Source of the DNA: a virus
Taxonomy: Duplodnaviria; Caudoviricetes
Direction: 5' to 3' (one strand)
DNA: 54,514 nt
Virus record (IMG/VR): IMGVR_UViG_3300025099_000028
Location: 1-54,514 of that record
The position numbers and the translations under genes were made by a program. Each line of letters opens with the position of its first letter. Positions within the stretch are counted from its first letter, which is position 1. Positions 47,537 to 54,514 of this stretch are shown here, piece by piece. The notes below the pieces were generated by a model. That model searched no databases, was not told the origin of the DNA, and saw only the letters and a program-made list of their open reading frames with translations.

Positions 47537-48444
47537 TAATATATACCTCCATAACTTTGATTAAAATACCATTCATCTTTTTTATCGTCTGCATCTTTAT
47601 TTTCTCCCCATACAGCCATATCTTCTGGGCTATATAAAGGTTCAATAAAGTCTTCAGATTTACGATGAATAACATCTTTCTTCAGCTTTTCTTCACTTGT
47701 AACATCATCAATATACCAGTCATTCAGCTTTAAATTAAATGCTGCAACAATTCTTTCCCATTCATTGAATGTGATTTCACCTGCTGCAAATCTATAATTT
47801 AATGAAGTGATTAATTGAATAGCATTTTTAGCTTCTTGATCTGAATCTATATTAGTAGCCTTAATCAAAGATGTTTGATTTGGATTAGGTTTAACATATG
47901 CTTTTCCATATTGATAAGCAGTATATTTACGTTTACTACATAGCTTTTCAACATCATTCAAGATCTTCTTGGGCACTTTTCTTTCTTCACCTTCAAGTAA
48001 TTCAACCTTTGTATCTATATGCATCTCAAATGGTTTCCAGCAAGAAACCCTGAATATATGCTTACCTTTAAGGTTTATTACAAGCGCAAAGCTAAAGTCA
48101 CCATCAGAATATTCTTTAATGGCAGTTAAGTCTGTTCCTGACCAAAAAGCATCCATTGTGTGATGACTATGCCACCATACAAATCTAAAGTTAGAGTCCT
48201 TATGCTTGACCCCAGCCTTAGTATAGTATAATGCTAAGGCATCTTTATCTAGTATGCAATTAGATCCAGATATTTCTTGCTTCAATATAACAGGATCTTC
48301 TAGTATCCAGTCGCCATCTTTATCTTCTACAGCTACTAACATACCTCCTATTTCTGATTTATGCTTATCATATGCTACTTGTGCATAATCATGCAATTTT
48401 TGCCAGTTTGCCTCTGATGTGTAAAATGATTGATTCATTTTCAC
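47536..48444 (-). CDS. JAB/MPN+ metallo-isopeptidase
   Basis: SEIGG catalytic Glu and WWHSHHTMDAFWSGTD (HxH-x7-S-x2-D); start may be ATG 48438. Confidence 0.9.
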   Translation of the reverse strand: MKMNQSFYTSEANWQKLHDYAQVAYDKHKSEIGGMLVAVEDKDGDWILEDPVILKQEISGSNCILDKDALALYYTKAGVKHKDSNFRFVWWHSHHTMDAFWSGTDLTAIKEYSDGDFSFALVINLKGKHIFRVSCWKPFEMHIDTKVELLEGEERKVPKKILNDVEKLCSKRKYTAYQYGKAYVKPNPNQTSLIKATNIDSDQEAKNAIQLITSLNYRFAAGEITFNEWERIVAAFNLKLNDWYIDDVTSEEKLKKDVIHRKSEDFIEPLYSPEDMAVWGENKDADDKKDEWYFNQSYGGIY

Positions 48445-48461
48445 CCCTTTCTCTTATTAGT

Positions 48462-50141
48462 TTAAAATGGTAAGTCAGCGTCAGCAGACTCTCTAGTTTC
48501 GGTAACCTGTATTGGTATACCTCTACCTGAGGCTGAATAACTTTCCAGTAATTCTCTTTCTAGTTCACTAGTAGTATTATGCTCTGATGTTTCTGTTTCC
48601 ATTGGTATTATCTGAGGGGTTATAGTTCTATCATGATAGTAACTATCTAACCATGAATAAAAGCCATCAGCTCCCATTTCATAATCTTCCATATGATCTA
48701 TAGTCTCAGCAAAACTTATCTCTCTAACTAAAGATGCCATAATATATAACATAGACTCAGAATCAACATTTATTGCAAAGTATGTATGAATATTGCGTAC
48801 CATTCTGTTAATATGGTCCTCTGCGGCACTCCAATTATCATTCATTTGAACTAAAGCTCTGTCCATTCGGCTAGAATATATAGCCTCATCACTTAGTGTC
48901 TCAAAGTTGTGTCCTCTAGATATCATATAGTTTGCTAATATTTGCTCTCTCATGGCTAATATTGCATCATCAACAACAGTATATGCATTTTCGTATTTAC
49001 GGCAGACACTCCTCATTGTACATTCATAAGCATCACAATAAGACTCAGATTGTATTAATGGCAAATTATATTCACAGCTTCCTGATGTGCGATGACTAAG
49101 CAAGCCATCCATATCCCCATCATATAGTGCGCTTGGAGAACCATAATACATTTTGGTGTAATTATTTAATGGTCCAGTTGTATTGATATTATAGAAACTA
49201 CCCCAACTATTCAGCCAAAACATTACTTCATCAAGTCTACCTTTAGACATTGGCTTTAAGATTCTATCTTTTAAGTCACCGAAACATAAAGAAGTGTATC
49301 CATCTTTATTTGATCCTTCATATGTATTTGCACTTGTTTCGTCCATTCTAGTATAACTTTGGACTTCATTATAATTAATAACCCTTGATGAATATCCTCT
49401 GCCACTACTAATATATGGAAATTCTAATCCTTTATTTAATGGGACATATTGACCACCTAAATGATAACCATGATGCTGATATCTATTATCAAAGCGTAAT
49501 TCATTACCTGATATAGCTCCTCCAATTATTTGAACTAAATCTAATGCAATGAACATCTTAACTTTGCCGGTTTTAATAGGAGCATATAATGTACTTTTAC
49601 CTATATTCATATTAAAACTGTCTACTTCTATGATAAATACAATATAATCTTTATTCATATCATCATTTCCTTGAGCATGATAAACTTTAAAATTATATTC
49701 ATTATCGGTATTATTAATAACTTCAGTAGTACTCATGATGTTATTAAACCATTCATGTGTACTTTCTATTACTGATTCAGAATTATCCTGAAATGTTATT
49801 CTATTAGACCTTAACCTATATAGCATTGAATCTATAGAAGTAACATCTCGATTTAATTGCCTTGCATACCATTCATTATTAGATATTCTATTAAATGCTG
49901 TTTTTACATTCTTAGGAAATGTAGTAAGCTTCATAACCTTTAGCTGTAATGCATGTAATTTCTTATAGAAACCAGGTTCCCATCTGAATGTCTTTGTACA
50001 TCTAATATCTGAACCAAATCTAAAATTAAATGCATTAATCTTAGATAAAACTTCCTCTTGTGGACCTACTATTACTCTCTCAGCTATATCATTTAAGTCT
50101 ATAGAATGGTCGGTAATCTCTGATTTTAAATTGAATTGCAT
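48462..50141 (-). CDS. putative prokaryotic E2-like conjugating protein with extra domains
   Basis: FPYIS...LCFGD (Cys at 49284-49286) resembles the HP(N/H)I...C(L/F)G core of prokaryotic E2s; adjacent to JAB and E1; downstream Cys cluster. Confidence 0.55.
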   Translation of the reverse strand: MQFNLKSEITDHSIDLNDIAERVIVGPQEEVLSKINAFNFRFGSDIRCTKTFRWEPGFYKKLHALQLKVMKLTTFPKNVKTAFNRISNNEWYARQLNRDVTSIDSMLYRLRSNRITFQDNSESVIESTHEWFNNIMSTTEVINNTDNEYNFKVYHAQGNDDMNKDYIVFIIEVDSFNMNIGKSTLYAPIKTGKVKMFIALDLVQIIGGAISGNELRFDNRYQHHGYHLGGQYVPLNKGLEFPYISSGRGYSSRVINYNEVQSYTRMDETSANTYEGSNKDGYTSLCFGDLKDRILKPMSKGRLDEVMFWLNSWGSFYNINTTGPLNNYTKMYYGSPSALYDGDMDGLLSHRTSGSCEYNLPLIQSESYCDAYECTMRSVCRKYENAYTVVDDAILAMREQILANYMISRGHNFETLSDEAIYSSRMDRALVQMNDNWSAAEDHINRMVRNIHTYFAINVDSESMLYIMASLVREISFAETIDHMEDYEMGADGFYSWLDSYYHDRTITPQIIPMETETSEHNTTSELERELLESYSASGRGIPIQVTETRESADADLPF

Positions 50142-50322
50142 TTTTCATCTCCTTTATACAATATAAACACCTTTCTCGTTCTATGCCAGCTTGTGGAAAA
50201 TCTGCGTAAAATTCGGTACCATATTGAGCACCATAACACCAATATTCCCAAGTTCTTTTACAAGATTGACACACTTTAACATTTCTTGTCGGATTCTTTT
50301 CTTCTTCTCTAAATCGCCCCAT
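50089..50322 (-). CDS. small Zn-finger protein
   Basis: CQSC...CLYC; GGAGG SD. Confidence 0.6.
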   Translation of the reverse strand: MGRFREEEKNPTRNVKVCQSCKRTWEYWCYGAQYGTEFYADFPQAGIERERCLYCIKEMKNAIQFKIRDYRPFYRLK

Positions 50323-50414
50323 CTAAAGCCTCCTGACAGTCGCTACATACTTTTTGTTTATGCTTTAGTGGAAATCCAGCTAAATATTCACCACATTCTA
50401 CGCATACAGGCTCA

Positions 50415-50747
50415 TCAACTTGATTCATATATAAATAATCCTTTCGTATTTGCTTCTACTTCACGACCTACAGCTATAACTTCAGCTTTAGCCATATTAA
50501 TAGCATTAATTACCTTATTTTCATCCCAATCATCAACAAGAGCTCTGAATCTTTTAAATAATAAGGCTGTTAAGAATGCTTCTATATCTTTATAGAAATA
50601 TCTTTCACCTCTTTTAATCATTGCCTCTTCAGTTGAATGGGGTGGGCCAGTTATCAATATCCATTGATGTTCATCTTTGGTTAAAATGCATCTACGTTTA
50701 CCAACATTTGAATTTACTATAATTGTTTTGTCAAGTATTTTAAGCAT
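50415..50747 (-). CDS. hypothetical protein
   Basis: L..D..QWIL...Y(F)Y..IE motif common in small phage proteins. Confidence 0.6.
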   Translation of the reverse strand: MLKILDKTIIVNSNVGKRRCILTKDEHQWILITGPPHSTEEAMIKRGERYFYKDIEAFLTALLFKRFRALVDDWDENKVINAINMAKAEVIAVGREVEANTKGLFIYESS

Positions 50748-51030
50748 TTAATCTCCAGATATGTGTGTTTTTACCATAGCTACTCTTCTGTAACTCATCG
50801 GTTTTAGTTAACTTATCAGCTTTAGTTAAAGTATTTATGGCTCGTCTAATACTAGTAATTGGCCATGTCTTACCTAAATCTAAGCATCGTAATTCTATAT
50901 CTTCAGGTGAAAATCCTCGTCCTGGGTTCCATATAAATATTTGATATATTAACTCTTCTTGTTTTGCGGTTTGTATCCATGATGACCTTAGTTGAGGTCC
51001 AGTTTCATTGGTCGTATTATAATATGTCAT
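50740..51030 (-). CDS. winged-HTH DNA-binding protein
   Basis: ITSIRRAINTL...KL.K......YG....IW. Confidence 0.7.
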   Translation of the reverse strand: MTYYNTTNETGPQLRSSWIQTAKQEELIYQIFIWNPGRGFSPEDIELRCLDLGKTWPITSIRRAINTLTKADKLTKTDELQKSSYGKNTHIWRLNA

Positions 51031-51176
51031 TTTTTATCCTTCTTTAAATCATTTAAGCTTTTAAATGCTACAATCTTACCTTTAACCATTTTGGCAAATT
51101 TCATTGCTTGATGTCTTATATTAAAAGATTTAGATATCTTTTCTTTACCCATCTTAAACTTAACTATATATCTCAT
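51027..51176 (-). CDS. small basic protein
   Basis: AAGGAG SD; MRYIVKFKMGKEKISKSF...; ATGA coupling to the next gene. Confidence 0.5.
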   Translation of the reverse strand: MRYIVKFKMGKEKISKSFNIRHQAMKFAKMVKGKIVAFKSLNDLKKDKK

Positions 51177-51422
51177 GTGTTCTCCTTGTTTGTTCTATAG
51201 CCACACTCCTTGAAAATCACGTGGTCAGACGCAAAACCCATAGAATGTGGCTTTAGAATTAATAATATATAGTAGAATTTATGCAGTTTCAGTGACCTTC
51301 GTGGTTTGAACCCACCTGATTTCTCCCGTTGTTTAATAGCAGGCACTATTAAAGACTACATATTATTGGTCTTGTTATCAATATTTGGGTGTGTTATACT
51401 CCCACCCAAGAGTACTGAGGAC

Positions 51423-51629
51423 TTACTTCTCTCCACCAGTTTTATCATTGCTAACAGCAGCTACTAGATCACCATCTTGTAAGCTATATGAATTAGATTT
51501 ATTAGATCCATTCACTGCTACAGATGCACTAGAGCTAATATCAAGCTCTTCTCTAAGCTCACATATTGTTTCTGCTCTAACTTCTTGCTCTACGAAGCCG
51601 CCACCGGCTAACACTTTTATACTTGGCAT
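51423..51629 (-). CDS. ubiquitin-like (beta-grasp, ThiS/MoaD-like) protein with C-terminal GG-EK
   Basis: 68 aa; TI.ELR..L, VAVNG, L.DGD.V, KTGG-EK; AAGGAG SD. Confidence 0.85.
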   Translation of the reverse strand: MPSIKVLAGGGFVEQEVRAETICELREELDISSSASVAVNGSNKSNSYSLQDGDLVAAVSNDKTGGEK

Positions 51630-51640
51630 TTGATACTCCT

Positions 51641-51838
51641 TTAACTAGTTAACTTATGAATTGCAGTTCTCACCTTCAGCCATATCGGGTGATCTGCTTT
51701 GTATTGCTTTTCGCAATTTTGTACTGTCCCAATTGAGACTTTATAGATATCTGCTACAAATCTATACTTAAATCCATCAAGTATTCGCATTAATGCTATC
51801 TTTTTTCTTAACTTTTTTGGAAATGGCTTTCTTCCCAT
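51641..51838 (-). CDS. HTH DNA-binding protein
   Basis: YRFVADIYKVSIGTV. Confidence 0.65.
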   Translation of the reverse strand: MGRKPFPKKLRKKIALMRILDGFKYRFVADIYKVSIGTVQNCEKQYKADHPIWLKVRTAIHKLTS

Positions 51839-52052
51839 TGTTTTCTTCTCCTATTTTAGCTATTCTAAACATACCTCTTACTTCATCGGGTTTATTGTCA
51901 TCGGTATGATTAATAATTGCATCAACATACCCTGTTAAATACATTTCTGCCTCTATTTCTAATTCAAAAGGACGAAGAGGGTGATCTTGGACCACCCCAG
52001 CTTCATCTTTACAGGAGAACAAAACAGTATATCGATAATTAAATTCTTCCAT
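51777..52052 (-). CDS. hypothetical protein
   Basis: likely start MEEFNYRY with GGAG SD. Confidence 0.55.
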   Translation of the reverse strand: MEEFNYRYTVLFSCKDEAGVVQDHPLRPFELEIEAEMYLTGYVDAIINHTDDNKPDEVRGMFRIAKIGEENNGKKAISKKVKKKDSINANT

Positions 52053-52260
52053 TAGCTTCTCCATTCTTAGAAACAGGTTTATCAAATATAGCAATAGTTA
52101 AGCTTGATTTAAGCTCATTAAGTCTACGTTCTGTAGCTCCTATTAATACATCTGATATTCTAGCCCCAAACTCAGTATAATGTATATTCTTTGCTTGAAG
52201 CTTTCTAAACTTTACTAATTGCAATTGATAAAAGCGAATAATTTCATGCTTATTCATCAT
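52039..52260 (-). CDS. hypothetical protein
   Basis: ORF with AAGGAG SD. Confidence 0.55.
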   Translation of the reverse strand: MMNKHEIIRFYQLQLVKFRKLQAKNIHYTEFGARISDVLIGATERRLNELKSSLTIAIFDKPVSKNGEANGRI

Positions 52261-52549
52261 AATCTATTTCTCCTTCCATTATTTGACGGAATATTTCTTC
52301 CATATTAATATCTTCAGTAGTATTATCAGCTATCCAATTGCTTGCCTTAGCTGCACCTAAAACTTTATATAGTTCCCTGTATTGATCTTCCCTATTTGGT
52401 TCTTCTATTGGTGCATTGTGCTTAACTGGATATTTCTTTGCATCCATTTTAGGATCATCATACTTATCGATCATCCTAGTTTCATAGCATTTCTTGTGAT
52501 AATCTATCCCTTCTTGGACAGGTTTATCACATCCTTTACATTTATACAT
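52250..52549 (-). CDS. hypothetical protein with N-terminal Zn knuckle
   Basis: MYKCKGC...H..C; AAGGAG SD. Confidence 0.55.
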   Translation of the reverse strand: MYKCKGCDKPVQEGIDYHKKCYETRMIDKYDDPKMDAKKYPVKHNAPIEEPNREDQYRELYKVLGAAKASNWIADNTTEDINMEEIFRQIMEGEIDYDE

Positions 52550-53306
52550 GAGCGTTCTCCTTCTCATTAGTGGTTAAGTAGTATTTACCTATATCTTTAT
52601 TAAAACCTATAATGCCAGTTTGCATTAATGTTTCTACAATAGGATTTATAGATCCGTGAGCTTTACTGTGTGTAGATACATTGCATAAATATAAATTTTC
52701 AAGACGGTTGTCTTTCTTATTCATGTTAATATGATGTACCGATTCAGTAGGTAATAATGGTCTACCTAAATGCTCTTCCATAATAACTCTATGTTCAAAG
52801 ATAGTTTTCACTGCATATCCATCTTTACGACCATTCTTTTTATACTGTTGTATAAAATTACCATTTTCATCCAGTTTTCTTTCAGTCCATCCAATATAAT
52901 CAGAAATTAAAGTAGGGTTATTTCTTGTGTATTTAGTTTTACTATGTCGTATTTCTAGCCCAATTGAATCAATCGTTTTTTTACATTCACTATGGCCTTT
53001 AATATCTTGACCACAAGTCATACTACCATCTTCTGTTTTGCATTTACTTGGATGTCTAGTAGTTAAAGCTTCCTTACCACATACTTTACAGTTATATTTA
53101 TAGAAAAATATATTACTAACGTTTTTAAAGTCAGATCTCCTACCATAAACAGGTGTTCCTTTAACTATTCTTACCTTTAAATCATTCTCAGGATTATATG
53201 GTAATTGTTTAGTCATTCTTATATCACTCTTGCCATTAATTACATCAAAAGGACCTTCATAACCAGTATTTTCATTATAAGTTGCATTAAAATATGCGTA
53301 TGTCAT
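52542..53306 (-). CDS. HNH homing endonuclease
   Basis: EHRVIMEEHLGRPL...VHHINMNK.DNR.ENL; N-terminal CxxC motifs. Confidence 0.88.
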   Translation of the reverse strand: MTYAYFNATYNENTGYEGPFDVINGKSDIRMTKQLPYNPENDLKVRIVKGTPVYGRRSDFKNVSNIFFYKYNCKVCGKEALTTRHPSKCKTEDGSMTCGQDIKGHSECKKTIDSIGLEIRHSKTKYTRNNPTLISDYIGWTERKLDENGNFIQQYKKNGRKDGYAVKTIFEHRVIMEEHLGRPLLPTESVHHINMNKKDNRLENLYLCNVSTHSKAHGSINPIVETLMQTGIIGFNKDIGKYYLTTNEKENAHV

Positions 53307-53359
53307 TTGTTCTCTCCTGTTATGTAAAGAGGCAAGACCTGCATCCTGCCTCGTTACGT

Positions 53360-53860
53360 TTAAAGTGGTGTAGTGCAGCTTCTGACTATTGTGTCTGGAT
53401 CTCCTAATCCATCACCGTCACTGTCAACAAACCAAGTTTTTATACCTTCTCCTCCACACACACCACATTCATCAATATAGTTCTCTGGGCAATAGAAGTT
53501 ATCATTTACATCATCTCCTACTTGTATCCAATTCTTAGGTATTTCTGATTCTAATAATGTAGTATATGTTGCACTATGCCATATGAATGTTTCATCTTTA
53601 CCTTTCATACGACGCATTAGGTTAAATGCTTCATCAAAGGTTAGGTCGTCAATATCAATATGAATTTCATTATTGTATCTACGCTCTTCTTCAAGCATTG
53701 CTTTCCATAATACTACTTCATCCTCTACCCCGTGTTGTTGGGATAGAGTTTCAGGTTCAGTTGGTGCTGGGCAATCTCTACCCATATAAGCTATAGCTAC
53801 TAGCATTAAGCCCATTAAAACCATTGCTATGAGCATTTTATGCTCTTTTATTGCTTTCAT
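53360..53860 (-). CDS. membrane-anchored exported protein with DECGVCGG and DxDGDG motifs
   Basis: N-terminal TM/signal helix; C-terminal IDECGVCGGEG..WFVDSDGDGLGDP....SC. Confidence 0.7.
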   Translation of the reverse strand: MKAIKEHKMLIAMVLMGLMLVAIAYMGRDCPAPTEPETLSQQHGVEDEVVLWKAMLEEERRYNNEIHIDIDDLTFDEAFNLMRRMKGKDETFIWHSATYTTLLESEIPKNWIQVGDDVNDNFYCPENYIDECGVCGGEGIKTWFVDSDGDGLGDPDTIVRSCTTPL

Positions 53861-53861
53861 G

Positions 53862-54065
53862 TTACTCCTTTTTGTGTTTTACTGTTGTTAATATGAATCT
53901 TTTTGTTGATATTGTTCTTAAAGATCCATTAGTTAATTGCATTCTAACTCTATGTCCTTGAACTCCAAGGCGATTTACTTCGTAATAAGATAATTCACCT
54001 GTTTGAGTGTCTACTAGTTCAAGTGCAATCATGATATAAGTAATCCATAATAGCCTCTCCAACAA
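53862..54065 (-). CDS. hypothetical protein
   Basis: ORF; start uncertain (possibly 54032). Confidence 0.4.
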   Translation of the reverse strand: MLERLLWITYIMIALELVDTQTGELSYYEVNRLGVQGHRVRMQLTNGSLRTISTKRFILTTVKHKKE

Positions 54066-54171
54066 ATGACTCTCGCTCAGATTTATATACTATTAATTTG
54101 ACATTAGGATGTGTCTTACATTTATCCTCTTTGATTATATGTCCACATTCAGAGCATATTTTTGTTATCAT
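54019..54171 (-). CDS. small Zn-ribbon protein
   Basis: AAGGAG SD; MITKICSECG......C..HP. Confidence 0.5.
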   Translation of the reverse strand: MITKICSECGHIIKEDKCKTHPNVKLIVYKSERESFVGEAIMDYLYHDCT

Positions 54172-54189
54172 TATCTTTTCTCCTTATTT

Positions 54190-54514
54190 AATTTTGAGGG
54201 AGACATAGCTATCTCCCTATGGTAATCTCACGCTTGCAAGCCATGGTGAGTAGTTCACTAACTACCTAGTCGGGTCGACTAATAATGAAAGCACGTCCTA
54301 ATCTCCCCCTCTCAGACCATTGGAAGTATTAAAGATATTCTAAGGTATAAGGGTGCGACCCCTATTTCATGTTATAGCTTCATGAGCTAACCACTTATTC
54401 GGTACCTTTGTCAGACATGCCACGATATCCCCGAAGTTGGTCTTGGGATATACTTTTAATATTATATATCGGTAGAATGAATCATAAGCGAACTGTTATC
54501 ATTCTTACTGGCTA
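54190..54514. ncRNA. candidate structured non-coding RNA/leader (unclassified)
   Basis: ORF-free, locally GC-richer, with many hairpins (e.g. agggaga/tctccct, tagtcg/cgacta, atatccc/gggatat, agaatga/tcattct). Confidence 0.35.

Noticed and set aside
51285-51330. tRNA gene suggested by GGTTCAAACC
   Set aside because: T-arm geometry is off by one nucleotide, and no D-arm, anticodon arm or acceptor stem could be built.
54340-54412. Hammerhead ribozyme on the - strand (three stems and GAAA)
   Set aside because: The CUGANGA core is absent at the required position.
1-54514. Integrase/att sites or terminal direct repeats
   Set aside because: No recombinase motifs were recognised and the two window ends do not share sequence.

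Overview
The window looks like an essentially complete, circularly permuted ~54.5-kb AT-rich genome of a podovirus-like tailed phage, arranged as two opposed gene blocks. The + strand block (721-41771) encodes small and large terminase, a lysozyme-like protein, portal, scaffold, major capsid, decoration and adaptor proteins, tail fibres, a lysis/phosphoesterase cluster, a tail nozzle, a GAMT/Rmt2-like methyltransferase and the internal (ejection) proteins. One of these (33007-38058) carries the motif set of a single-chain two-barrel virion RNA polymerase of the crAss/phi14:2-gp66 type (R-x-P, DHDID, AVDxxKxG). The - strand block (552 to 1, continuing 54514 to 41763) encodes early and replication genes: HNH nuclease, HTH proteins, ERF recombinase, SSB-like protein, AEP primase-helicase and resolvase, with no recognisable DNA polymerase. 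It also encodes an apparently complete ubiquitin-like system: a beta-grasp Ubl with masked GG, an E2-like protein, a JAB peptidase and a ThiF/E1. Other unusual signals: the three giant cargo proteins contain cysteines only at their abutting termini; a small translationally coupled ORF has an in-frame TGA followed by a SECIS-like hairpin; and several intergenic regions are strongly structured. Strong Shine-Dalgarno motifs and sigma70-type promoters argue against a Bacteroidota host. All calls come from motif recognition by eye; no database searches were run.
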